From contig NC_058133.1 in NCBI RefSeq assembly GCF_016433145.1, forward strand, positions 429,563,511 through 429,627,510: 64,000 bases of DNA, read 5' to 3'. The translations under genes were made by a program, and so were the position numbers. The DNA is from Gracilinanus agilis. Taxonomy: Eukaryota. This document shows positions 10,600 through 23,749 of the stretch, in pieces; positions within the stretch are counted from its first letter, which is position 1; each line of letters starts with the position of its first letter. A model generated the notes under the pieces. It had not been told where the DNA came from and made no database searches. It saw only the letters and a list, made by a program, of their open reading frames with translations.

Positions 10600-13500
10600 G
10601 TGGTTCTTTTGTTTATAAATTATGTCTTCAGGTTTTTTTGAATAATATATTATTGAGTTCTTTTATTTATGGTCTTTTATAATCTCAGTTAATCTACTTT
10701 TTTCTATATTTTAAATAATACCTTATAACACTGATGATTGCTGCTTTGTGAGCTAGTTTGTGGTCCTGAAATGCTTTCTATTCTTTTTTCTGCCTTTTCA
10801 TTATTCAGTTTGATATTTTCAATCATTTGTCACTCCAAATGAATTTTGACATAATTTTATCTAGCTCTATAAAGGATCCTTTCAGAATTTTGATGGGTAT
10901 AGTGTTAAAACTATAAATTAACATTTGTTGACATAGCCCTGTCAAGAGCAGTAAATATTCATACAAAGCTCCTTAAGTTGTTCTTCATTTCTTTAAGCTA
11001 TATTTTTAAATTGATATATAACTCATTATATAATATAAAACACTAACAGAATAATTAATACAAATATTAAGTGTTTTGTAGAATGAATCCCATGTGTGTT
11101 ATATATTTTAGTTGCTTTGAATGGGATTTCCTTTTCAATAAATACTCTTTGAATTTTGTTTTTATTATATAAAATTGTAATTTTTTGTGAATTTGTTTTG
11201 TACCCTGCATCTTGCCTAAACTATTCATTGGTTTGACAAATTGATTTACATATTCCCTTAGTTTTGTAAGTAAACCCATCATTTTATCACCAAATTTGAA
11301 TGCAGGTGTTCACTCTTTGTGAATCATGACTTCAAGAGCTTTTCATTTATTTTGTTACTATTGCTAAAAAAAGTTAGAACTTTAAAATAAATGAGAGTGA
11401 AGTAGCATTCTTTTTATATATACCTGGGTTTCTTCTTAGTTATAAAGCTGTTTTTATTTGGAAAATTTTTATAGTTCTCTGGTTCTCCTTTTAGTTTCTA
11501 ACCTTTCCTGGTTCTGTCATTGGAACTATAATGTCTCATAAAAGGAATTGGGTAGAATGTATGTTTCTGAATTTTTTGCTTAACTTGTATAATATTGCTA
11601 TCAATTTTTTTAAAAAAACTAATTCTCTTTTTAAGAAATATTAAGACTAAATATTTCCATTTTGCTTTTGTTACTTCTATAGACAATAACTTACTTTTCT
11701 TTTCTTAGAATGAATTTTTTAAGGTACTTATTGAGTGAGATTTTAATTTTTTATTTTGTGTTTCTGAAGGTAACACTATTTTGCACTCAGTTTTTCTAGT
11801 ACATAATTTTGTATCTTAGGTTCTGATGATCTTAATGTTTTATTTTGTCTTGATTTTACCTTGTTTATTTTTCTCCTCTTATTTTAATCAGATTTAATAA
11901 AGGTATTCCAATGTATTAATTTCAAAGAATCAGTTTTTAGATTTGTTTACATCTCTGTACCTTGATAAATTGCTCAATTTTAAATCAATAATTCATGTGG
12001 TACTGCTGTCTATATATTGTTTAGTGGTCCTCTTCAGGAGGCCTCCACAATTTTAGCTATAATTTGTCTAGTAGGTTTTTTTTTATTCTAAATTTCATTT
12101 ATACTGCTGGTAGATATATCTAATTCTATGAAAAGATCATTGAAATTTCTTATTTGTGTTTTTGTACTATCTATAATAACATTTGGCACTATCTATAAAT
12201 ATAATTAAGATTATTTTAAATAGGTTAGATGCTACGTCATTTGGAGCATTTTAGTATGTTTTAAAGAAGTATTGCAATCTGTTGGTGAGGAGAAATAAAG
12301 GTTATAAGGTGAAGCTAGCAACCCTATATTACAAGTATTACACTGATTTTGCTTCAGTGTCTAAGGTTTACTTAAGGATAATAATTTTTCGTTTATCTCA
12401 TTATATTGTCAACATCTCTTTTTGCTTTGTCTGGTATTACGGTATGTTTTGCTTCTATGGGGATTGTAAAGTACTTTGCAAACCTGGAAAATTTATATAA
12501 ATGCTATGTCATAGTAGTAGTAGTATTGATGATGAAAATGATGATGGTGATAAATTTGGAGAATATAATATTCCTATTGATACTGGATTGTTCTTATGGT
12601 TTTTATATTGATAATATAATGTTCTTGTTTATCTCTTTTTATAATGTAAATTTTTATTTTCTTTTCTACAAATATAGTTCTAATGCATTGCTGGTGGAGT
12701 TGTGAATTGATCCAATCTTTCTGGAAATCAACTTGGAATTATTCCCAAAGTGCTTTAAATGACTGCCTGCCCTATCATCCAGCCATACCACTGCTGGGTT
12801 TGGACCCCAAAGAGATAAAAAGGAAAAATATCTGTACAAAAATATTTATAGTCATGCTCTTTGTGGTAGAAAAATGGAAAATTGGAGGATGTCCATCAAT
12901 TGGGTAATGGCTGAACAAATTGTGGTATCTGCCGGTGATGTAATACTATTGTGCTGAAAGGAATGATGAACTGGAGGAATTCCATGTGAACTAGAATGAC
13001 CTCCAGGAATTGATGCAGAGTGAAAGTAGCAGAACCAGGAGAACATTATACACAGAGACTGATACACTGTGGCACAATTGAACATAATGGACTTCTCTAC
13101 TAGAAGCAATGCAATGTCTGAGGACAATTCTGAGGGATTTATGAGAAAGAACACTATCCACATCCAGAAAGAACTGTGGGAGTAAAAACACAGAAAAATA
13201 TGATCATTTACATGGTTTGATGGGATATGACTGGGGATGTTGACTTTAAGAGATCACTGTATTACAAATATGAATAATATGGAAATAGGTTTTGAACAAT
13301 GATATATGTAAAAACCAGGGGAATTGCTCATTGACTCCATGAGGGGGATGGAGAAGGGGAAGGAAAAAAACATAAACCATGTAGCCATGGAGAAAATATC
13401 CTAATTTAAACAAACAAATAAATAAATGTTCTTTTGAGAAGTGTTTCTTTTAATCAATCAATTACTTGGCTTTTCTACCTTTCCAGTCTGTTATCTCTTT

Positions 13501-13740
13501 CATTTCATTGGATTGTTCAATTCATTCACTTTTAAACAAATGACATTTAGGTTTTTTATTTCTAGCATTTGTTTATCTTGTATTTTAAATTGTTTTACCC
13601 ATTTTCTTTAAGTCCATATCTTTTATCTCCCCTATTAGTTTTGTTTGAACTAATTTCATATAATGCTATCCCTTACACTCTCTTCCTCTTTTCTCCCTTC
13701 TCCTGGTTATCAATTATCTCTTGTTGTTTTGGAGTTTTAA
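10600..13740 (-). mobile_element. Old L1 ORF2 fragment, antisense, interrupted by a younger L1 at 12684-13426
   Basis: ctagctctataaaggatcctttcagaattttgatgggtatagtgtt, tgcatcttgcctaaactattcatt, T-rich antisense ORF2 text. Confidence 0.7.
12684..13426 (+). mobile_element. Younger opossum-type L1, 5'-truncated 3' end
   Basis: MHCWWSCELIQSFWK...PYHPAIPLLGLDPKEI (ORF2 Cys-rich C-terminus), 3'UTR, A-rich tail aaacaaacaaataaataaa. Confidence 0.9.
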
Positions 13741-13799
13741 TTAATTAAATTAAAAACAGTATTATTAAATATAATGAAAACAAAACAGGTTAACTCTTC

Positions 13800-16700
13800 T
13801 CAGCTTTTGAAAATAAGAGAGAGGGGAGAATGAATACTAGGAATTAAGACAGTGGAGTAAGAGATGTTCAACCCAACAAAACCTTCCAAATACACAAAAA
13901 TAGGAAACAAAGTGCCTCAAAACAAAGAAAAACAGGAAGGACACATTTCTGGAGTGAGGAAGAGAGAGTAGCCTAGTGAGTGCTGCATTGCTGGAGGCTT
14001 GCAGAGTCCATACCAGCATACCAGCATAGCCCATCTTATTGCCAAGAAGCCCAAAGCAAAAAAAAAAAAAAAGTATTTGAGGAGCAGCCAGATACCAGTC
14101 TTTTGAAGACCTTGGATGAGGAAATTTCAGAGCCAAAAGCAGACAACAAAACAAGAAGTAGAGGGATGTAACTCAACATCGGCCATCCTTCCTTCCATGT
14201 GGCCTGAGATAACTAGACAGTAGATTGAGAGCAACACTATATGTGACCAAAGCAATCAGATGTTTGAATGGAAGGGCAGTCCACACTAGTCCTAAATAAA
14301 CACTAGGGATGTGGTAATGAAAGGGAAATGCTAGGAGCAGCCCAACAAGAGACCTATGTGCTACCATATGGCCTGAGGCAATGAACCCATAGAGTGGACA
14401 ATAGCCCAAAACAGTAGAAAACAGGAAAACCAAAAGAAAAGAGATTGGCATTGACCTAGGGAAAAGAAAAACTTTTGCAAGCTCCTCTACAAGAAGTCAA
14501 CCAGTCCAGTTCCTAAAAGTATACTCCAAGAAACCCAAAGATAGTCAGACCTGTCCCAAGCACCAGAGAAGGCAACAAATCAAGCTTAGAATAACACTCC
14601 ATTTATCCCAGCAGCAGAGCATAACTTCAACAAATAGAACAAGGTAACAAGGGTGGGAGGGGAGTACAAAACTGAGCAAAAGAAGAATTAAAAATAAATT
14701 AACCTTAGGAAGTTACTTTAGTGAGAGGAAATATAAAAATATAAATTCAGAAGAGGATAACAATGCCAAAAAAAGAAACATGTGAAGCCTCAAACAAAGG
14801 CGAAAAAGTATTAAAGGCCATAAAATGTCTTTTGGCTATAAACTCAGTTCTCTTCTGATCCCTTATAAGCCTTCTGGTCCTTCAATGTGGGAGCTGCCAG
14901 ATCTTGTGTTATCCTGTCTGGGGCTCCATAATTCTTTCCTTCTGGCTGCTTGAAGTATTTCCTTCTTGGCCTGGAAGATCTTGAACTTGGCTATAACATT
15001 CCTAGGAGTTGACATTTGGGGATGTAGTACAGGTGGTAATTTGTGGATTCTTTCAATTTCTATTTTACCCTATTGTTCAAGAATATGATGGCAGTTTTCT
15101 TGGATAATTTCTTGTAATATAATGTTTAGACTTTTTTTTGGTAATAACTTTTGGGAGTCCAATACTTAAATTGTCTCTCCTGGATCTATTTTCCACGTCA
15201 ATTGTTTTTTTAGTGAGGTATTTCATTTTTCCTCTATTTTTTCATTGTTTTGATTTTGTTTTGCTGTCTCTTGATTTTTCATGAAGTCATTAGTTTCTAT
15301 TTGCAAATTCTAATTTTTAAAGAAAGAATTTCTTCTTTTGATCCTCCTTTTACATTTTGTCCATTCTACTTTTCATGGAGCTTTTTTTTCCCCATTGGAT
15401 TTTTTTTTGCCTTTTTTTTTCTAGTAGATCTCTTCTATTTTCCAAGAAACTCTTTTTTCATTGGATTTTGTGCCTCTTTTTCCAATTGACCAACTTTACT
15501 TTTTAAGCTGCTATTTCCTTTTTACAAATTCTTTCATTTCTTTTCCTCATTTCCACCCCCATTTTCTTCAACCTGTCTTATTTGATTTTTAAAATTTCTT
15601 TGGGAGTTTTTACAGAGCTTGAAACAATAGAATTTTTCTAAGGTTGGGTATTACTTTTACTGTTTGCTCATTTTCCCAGCCTTTTTTTTTTTTGCTTTTG
15701 GATTGGGAATTCTGAAAGCTGCTGATTCTGTCTCTTTTGCTGATGGCTTGCAAGGGTAGCCACTGTGAGCTATTTTGCCCTGGAGCTAGGTGCTATGAAC
15801 TTCATGGCCTCACTGCAGGGTGATAACAGGGCCTAGGAATTCAAGGGGTGGGTCTGGATTGTGGGGTACTCATCTTCTTTCTGTAGCCAGGATTCTGTGA
15901 TCCCAGAATTGACCTATGACCAAGCTCAGAACCTAGAGCAGTAGGTAGAAGTAAATAGCTAACACTTCACTGTGCAGTTTTGCTTCCAGTTTACCCTTAT
16001 CTCATGAAAAATTGACTCTCTCTGCCTACCTTTCAAGTTGGATTTAGTGGGAGAGCTCCCTCACTTTGTCTTGCTGTTGGTTTTCAACTCCTATCATTCT
16101 GAGGTGCTTTTTAAAGATTGGTTTGGTAGGATTGGCATAGCAGTTTTAGCTCTTGTTGTTACTGAGCTGCCATGTTGGCTCTGCCCCTCCAAAGGACCTC
16201 TTGGGAGGATTTGAAAAGAAGTTTTAAAAATCAAAATAATAAAATAAATGATGGAAAGTTCCAACAGCTTGGACACTAGAAGGGTCATGTGGAAATGGAG
16301 ACCAAACAAACCAATAAAATAAAATAACCATCTACTGACTGGAATAGACCAAGTGGAAATGGAGGCAAAAATACAGAAGAAAGCAACTTCCTAAAGACTA
16401 GAATGGATCAAATGGAAAAGAAAATTAAAAAAAAACTCAAAAAGAAAATAACCACCTAAAATTAGTACTAAGCAAATTGAAGTTAATAACTCTATGAATC
16501 ATCAGGAAATAATAAAACAAAATTAAAGAATAACAAAATAGATGAAAACCTGAAATACTTCACTGGAAAAACAAATGATCTGGGAAATAGGTCCAGAAGA
16601 GATACCCAAGAATAAATGTAAGAATAGATGAAAACTATGAGCAAAAAAGAGCCTGGACACCATTTTACAAGAAATCATCAGGGGAAACTGCCCCTAATAT

Positions 16701-17720
16701 CCTAGAAAAAAAAGGAAAAATAGAAATTGAAAGATTCTATCAATCCCCTCCTGAAAGAGGTAGTAATATAAAATATCCCACATCTATGATAGCAAAATTA
16801 AAAAAAAAACAACTCCCAGTCCAAGGAAAAATTATTGCAAGCAGGCAGAAGGAAACAATTCAAATATGGAGTCACAATCTGGATTATACTATACCTGGCA
16901 GTTTCTACATTAAAGGACTAGAAGTCATTGAATATGACACCTGGAAAGGCAAAGGATGCACCCAAGAATCATATACTTCAGGGAAATGAGCATAACCCTC
17001 AAGGGGTAAAAAGTGACTCAATGAAATAGAAGATATCTTGGTATTCCTTACAGAAAAAAAAGATTGAAAAGAAAATTCAATGACGAGCTTTGACACTAAG
17101 AAGCATATAAAGGTAAAAGAAAAGTGAAAATTAAGGTTTTAATAAGATTGAACCAAGCACAGTCATCCTTGGGAATGTGATGACACTTGTGATATTAATT
17201 GAATCATGTAAAATACTTAAAATATTCAAAGTTCTTAAACTTTTATTGCTTTTAAGACAATAAAAAGGAGTATGTGTAGAAAAAAGGAAGAAAGGAAGCA
17301 GAATAGGATGGACTGCTATAAAAAAAAACAAAGGACAGGTAAGAGGAACACATAGGGAAAAGAGAAAAGGAAAGATAGGTGAGTATACATTACCAATATG
17401 AAAAGGCACCTAAGAATCATTGTGCAGTGGAAGAGAAGATGAGTGTGTGGTGATCAATGCTTGAACTTTACTCCCATTGGCACTACCTCATAATGGAAAT
17501 AACAACCACATTCATCCAGCTATAGCAACCTACCTTACTCTAGGGAAGTAGGAAGTAGGAAGGCTAGGGAGATAAGAGAAGTAGGGATAGACAGAAAGAG
17601 GGTAGGGGCAACTGTTAGAGGTTATTGTCTGAAGAAAATAAGGGAGAAATAGTTTGACAAAATGCAGCACACAAATATTCTAATGGAATAAGATGAAAAG
17701 GAATAATTGCCAATAATTGC
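13800..17720 (+). mobile_element. L1 5'UTR-ORF1-start of ORF2, interrupted by an antisense L1
   Basis: ORF1 text on both sides of the insert (aggatttgaaaagaagttttaaaaatcaaaata; tctgggaaataggtccagaagagat; tagaaattgaaagattctatcaatcccc). Confidence 0.75.
14840..16190 (-). mobile_element. Antisense L1 5'UTR + ORF1 only
   Basis: 5' terminus gccatgttggctctgcccc (reverse complement of the L1 start, ...gagccaagatggc); antisense ORF1 ttggctataacattcctaggag, cctggatctattttccacgtcaattg. Confidence 0.8.
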
Positions 17721-20309
17721 TTGTTTTCTCTTCTTATTTACCTACATAAAAAGAAAACCCCAAAATAATAGAAAAGGGAATAGTTGACCCCGAAATAATA
17801 TGGAAAAGGCAACTGTATTTAGGAAAAAAATTAAATTTTGCTTCGTGCTCTGATATCATCTCATGGTATAGGGTGAATCTGATTTGCCCAAGATTATTTG
17901 AGACAAGTGCCAACTGCACCAAGCTAGAAAGACTGATATTAGTCCCAATGTTACCTATATATCATTTGTTCTTGACCAATGTCACTAAATCCAGAGGAAC
18001 TCATCACAAAATTATGCAAAAGTAGATGAATTTTTCAATAATAAGCATTCTGGAATATCACCTACTAAGATATTGAAGGACTATAATTCCTATCAATGTA
18101 AAGAAGACAAAAATAAATAACAAACATTCAAAAAGCATTTTATTATAGTCATAACACTATATCCTTGTAGTATTAATTTAGGATGCACAATACACAAGAG
18201 AATACATGAATGCTAATTGTCTTGGGTTATAGCTCAGTTAATTCTTTGCAGTTCAGAGATGAATTATTCTGCTTTAAGTTATATGCATTCTTTTGCTTCT
18301 CCTCCAGGTGCCTAGATCTTAACTAATGCATTGCTCAATAAACTAAAACCCAGATGGAAAACAAGTGAGATTGAAACGAACTCATTTGGCATTTGAAATT
18401 TTACTCCTAAAAATGACTCAGTGGAAAAGATGATTAAAAGTTCAGGTTAAAATAATCATTAGGGATTTGCCATGAACTAAATTCAGCTGTTAAAACTCTG
18501 TCGCCTTTGCACAGAAAGCTGAGCACTGGTCAAATGTGAACCATTTAGAATGAGACTAACCAAAGGAATAAGGATATCCTCTAATGACCTGCCTCTACTA
18601 TGTCTGGCCATGAAACTGGTAAATTATTTTTTTTTATATTCCCATCATGCCAAGAAACCAGTCCTGACCAGGATGCAACAGAAATAGAAACAACTTGTCA
18701 GAACAACACCTCTAAGAGACAGAAGAGGCAGCTGGGCACAAGGGGCCTTTTAAACATCTCTTCTACCAGAATAGCAATGAAATCTGTCGTTTTCATTTGG
18801 CGCTTCACCTCCTCAAATGCTGACTGCAACAGAGGCTTTCTGGGGAATGAATGGAGCAGCTGCTGCTTAGCAGGGAGGGGGATTGAGGGCTCAGCATTCA
18901 GCTGAAACACCCTGCTACTCCTGGGGACCCAGTGCCAAGTTATCGATTTCCCTTCCTGCCAAGCAGCAATCTCACTACTTTCCTTCAACAGGAAGCTTAT
19001 TTAGTAAGAGACTACTGATGAGCACAGTGGTTGCCTTCCAGGTTGGCAGGTTTCCTGGGTATAAATCATTGCCCCTCCTCCAGTTTTTGAGATAAAATTA
19101 ATATCTTCAATAATGTTAAAACAACTGAATATCTCTTTGATACTCATGTATAAGTCTATGATACTTAAAAATATAGGAAATGCTAATGGGGTCAGGTTTT
19201 TTTCTGTTCCCCAAACTGCTGTCTTTGCCAGGTATATAATTGTGGTTTAGTAGGTTTTTTAGACATTCAAATATAGATTCTTATCAGTTGTAAAATCTGA
19301 ATATAGCAATGAACTTTAGAGGCTATGTTGTAAAGGGACTAGATTTGCTGAGCTTTACTACTAAGTAATAATGGGTCCCTGATCTACATTGATGGAGTAA
19401 CCTTACAGATAATATCATAGATCTTTGGTTTATTTGGGTATATTCTATACAAGGTATTATCAAAGATCAAAAGAACTTTTCTTGATTTAAAATTATGGAA
19501 TCAACATCCTGCTTAAAAAAGAACACAACATGTGAAAAACTTAGTTTAACAAAATTGATAATATTATCTCAGACTGATCATGTGCTATCAAACCACAAAT
19601 ATTTAAGCTTGTCATTGTACTAGGTCCTGAGACTTCACATAAATATAAGATATGCCCTTACAGCAAGGTTATTACTCTCTACTAATAGGCTACAACACTT
19701 TTCATGGGATTGTGATCTGGGAAGAAATGAAGTTTGTCCTTTGAAGCTAGTCACTGGAGTTGTGATTAGAGACAATGGATTTTGATTATCAATTCTCTAG
19801 TAGTGATAAATCAATAGCAACTTAATAGCAAATAAATATTAAACAAATATGGAATGAATCAACAGGAACTGATTTATTGTTTCCTAAGCAAAAAATTTAA
19901 AAAGGCAGGGAATGAAGGAAGATAGTACACAGTGGTGAGTTACCTGTTGATGTTTCCTATTGTGTACCAGTGGGTATTACACATTATAAAAGATAAAATA
20001 TAATTCAATTTATCTGAAACCTTTTGGGAAAATATAGTTTTTCTATATCATAACTAGGCACCCTTGTATGTAACTAGAATCATTAGAAATTAATGTCTTA
20101 TATATATATTTATGTATCTGTTTTGTGGCATGTTTTGCTAAGGGCTTATCAATATCTGTAGTATTGGGTATAATTGTCAAATATTCCTCATGCCTAAATT
20201 CCTTTCTGTATCTTTAAAGAAATGGCAGTTTTTGAGAATTTGCATAATTGTCCCAGATAAATGAGTATACAACATACTATGCCATTTTGTATTATACCCA
20301 AAAGAGTAG

Positions 20310-20460
20310 AAAGAAAACAAAATTTAGTGCCAGAGGATCTCAGCTCAATCTTCTCTTCTCCTTCCTACTTGGATGGCAAGTCTTTTCAACTCTCAGGGCT
20401 CTTATTGCCATATCTATACAGTGAGAGGTTAGATGAAATGATCTCTAATGGTGCTTTTAG
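20310..20460 (+). mobile_element. MIR SINE, decayed
   Basis: gaggatctcagctcaat...ggcaagtcttttcaactctcagggct...gaggttagatgaaatgatctct. Confidence 0.55.
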
Positions 20461-20569
20461 TTTAAATATTAGAATATTTTTGAAACATTTTTAAAATCTT
20501 GATAGGAATTTATGAGTTGTCATTCAAATAATCAGACTTAATAATCTGACACGATAGTAAAAAAAAAAA

Positions 20570-20795
20570 GTTGGTGACACAATGAATAGAGTATCACGAC
20601 TGAAGTCAAGAAGATCTCAGTTTAAATCCCATCTCAGACACTTCCTAGCTGTGTGACTTAACCCTGTTTGTCTCAGTTTCCTCATCTATATAATGAACTG
20701 GAGAAGTAAATTACAAATCACTACGGCATTTTTGCCAAGAAAACTCCAAATGGGGTCACAAGGATTAGATACAACTGAAATGACTAAGCAATGAA
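20570..20795 (+). mobile_element. MAR1-type SINE
   Basis: ctcagacacttcctagctgtgtga...tttgccaagaaaactccaaatggggtcacaa...acaactgaaatgact. Confidence 0.8.
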
Positions 20796-21869
20796 TTGCA
20801 CAAGAATGTATTCAATAATTATTTTCTTCCTCAAATTCTCCCACTCATCACTCTATGTGGGACAGAAGAGAAAGACTATAGAAGTTGAGTCTAACTTTCT
20901 ATTGTTGAGAACTAAAATTTCCTGACACTTGACACTCTCCATTGACACTCACACTCTGGAAATCAAGACAGGCTGTGCTCAGACAACAGAGGGATTAATT
21001 GTAATTGCTAACTTCTTTTGAGTGCATTTAACAAAGTAGCAGAGCCACAGTATCTCATTCCATGAATTCAGGAGTATGCAAGCAGGCAGTGTTATATTAC
21101 TCCTGGGTAGAAATGAAATCATATGGGAGCAGCGAGCAGAGCTCATGGAGAAAAATTACCATTTTATATTTATTACTTTGGCTAGCTTAAGTGCCATAGG
21201 AATAGACTCTCTAATGCATTAGAGTGCAATTCCCCAACAATTTGACTCTCTTGCTTTGTAAACTATTTTTAGGGAATGTCTCAGGCGGCTTTTAAAGGCA
21301 CATGCCATCCCATTTTCTAAGGTTATTTTGGTGGTTTGTCAAAATGATAGAAATAACGCAATATCTAACCCCAGATTAGAGAAATGTTCTGTATTCAGTG
21401 AGGAAATTTATACACTAGGGAAAAAAAGCATAGGCTCCTCTTGCACAGTAGTATTCAATGCTAAGCTCCAAAGAAAATTCCTTTCATATCTCTGATATGA
21501 TGCTAATCTGGTGGATTAACTTTGTTTAATTGTATAATCAAGTGATTGGGTTTTGTTAAGGCCATAACCCTGGAAGATACAATTCACCCAACACTGTCAG
21601 AATTCTAGCTAGCTCAGTAATTTTCCTTCCCCACATATGCTGCTAGACCAATTCACTGGAGCATAGCCTGGTTATTATTAAAAAGGAAATGCATTTGGGT
21701 TCCATTTATCTTGAGATATCGAAGTGTGCAGTTGAAGCACAATTAGAAAAGGAATTTAAATTTCAAAGTTTCATTTTGTCAATGGGATGGGCTGAATTTG
21801 AGGGGCTATTTTGAAAGGGATAAACAGACAGAATCATGTGACAGCATGTTCTTGAGGAAATAAGCTAAT

Positions 21870-22520
21870 CGTATATCAAGGTGATTTTTTTCTGGTATTG
21901 TTTTATGAGTACAATTCATGGGGCACAAGAGTGTCAGAAAAATTGAAATTGAAAATCAAAAGGAAAGGGGTTGAGTACATGGTGAATATAAACAGACTTC
22001 AACACATTAGAGATAAGGAATTACAAAGAAGTAGAAGGGATAATGTTATGAAAGAAATAATAGGAGTGAAAAAGTAGATGGGTCAGTAATATGGCAAAAA
22101 TGGGGGACAAGTATAGGATGCCCTTAATGTTTCATGGTTATCTATTCAATGTCAAGAAAAAGCACAGGGGACTAGGTGGCTCAATGGATGGAGAACCATG
22201 CCTGTAGATAGAAAATCCTAGCTTCAAATCTAATCTCAGACACTTCCTACCTATGTTTACATTGGGCAAGTCAATTGACCCCCTCTGCCTAGCCCTTACC
22301 ATCCTTTTGCCTTGGAATCAATATATAATATTGATTCTAAGACAAAAAAAATAAGGAAAAAAAGAAAAAAGACACCAAAAGTCCCTAATATCTTGGGCAT
22401 ATTTCCTGTGGAAAATTTAAAGGAAGCCATGGATATGAGTCACATAAGGTAGGGAGAAAAGAACGGTTTTTGAGCTATATCACTGTAGGAAATAATCATT
22501 TCAATGAAATCACAGATCCA
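21870..22520 (+). mobile_element. RTE-clade LINE 3' end, interrupted by a SINE
   Basis: aaaagtagatgggtcagtaatatggcaaaaatgggggacaag (decayed RWAGHVARM.D motif); tail caatgaaatcacagatcca. Confidence 0.5.
22165..22355 (+). mobile_element. Didelphid SINE1/2-type CORE-SINE, older copy
   Basis: ggggactaggtggctcaatggat...ctagcccttaccatccttttgccttggaatcaata...ttgattctaagac. Confidence 0.8.
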
Positions 22521-23749
22521 TTTGTACATTTGAGTATTTATTTTTGGTATATTACCAGAAACTACCAAATAAATAAGGATGTTAGTTTCCTCAGCATTGC
22601 TGTTTGTTTATCAATTAAGGATCTACTGATAGAGTCAGAAAGATAATAATGAAAATGCTAATTGAACTCCTTTCCTCTAATAAAGTTGATGTGAGTTCAA
22701 ATTGTGAAAGTTTCAGTAAAGAAGATAAAGACAGATTGGACCCATCTCATAACATTTCCTTTTAACCTTCAGAGTAATGTACTCTTTGAGTTCATATGTG
22801 TGAATGTATATGTGTATTCAAATAAATATTTTCATTGGAAAACAGTACAAATGAAATTCTATAAAGCATTCCTAGAAATTAATTCATGGATATTTATTAT
22901 AATAAAGGAATTACAGATATGAATAATATATACATATATATTGAGTAATAAATTCACATTAACATCAATTCATTATATTTGATGATGTTCTGTTGTGAGT
23001 GATCATCCTCACATCTCTGAGACCTTAAACAGTATCTGGAACAAAAGTTTCAATAAGACAGATAAATTACAAATGGAAGGAATAAGTAATTGTTTTCTGT
23101 TTCTCTCTCTTTATCTGAACTTTGCTTAATATACTCATCTTTCTATCCACAACAAAAGGGAGTTAAACAACTATTTCTCTAATGCTTTCTTTTAAATCTA
23201 AGATTAGCAAATGCAAAAACGTCCTACTTTAAATAAGTATCCAACATAAGTGGAAAAATTATCAAGAAATTCCATAAGGATATGATTTTTCAAAGGGCGT
23301 TTATAATATATCTTTGCCTTAATAATATAAAATTCTACCTTCTTGAAGGTAGGCTTATAGGGTTTTAAATGAAAATTATATACACTGTCAATGTGCACAT
23401 ACTCAGTAACCATTCATGATAAAACATAAATACCAGTTGACTCTTCAGTGAATGGCTAAAAATACATTCCTACATCTTAGATTTCTGCCAGTCAGAAAGT
23501 TCTCAGTCTCAAAGCCATTGCATCCATTCAAGATGATCTCTCTTTAGTTCATACAAAAAAAACTTCTCATTGCCAGTCATATAATTTCTACTTTTTCCCC
23601 AAACTGAAGACAATTAAGAAGTTCCACCCTTTTCTGTTCCAATATAAATCCAATCCCCTTATTCTTTTCCCACAGACCATATTTCCTAGACCCACACACA
23701 TTTTTGTTGACTAAACTTTTTCTATATTCTCTCTAGAACAATAACTTAT

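Noticed and set aside
12683-12907. 74-aa ORF with real protein motifs
   Set aside because: C-terminal fragment of L1 ORF2 in a 5'-truncated copy; not a functional gene.
18698-18988. 96-aa minus-strand ORF as a coding gene
   Set aside because: Non-ATG start, no recognisable domain, no convincing splice sites; treated as part of a candidate regulatory island.
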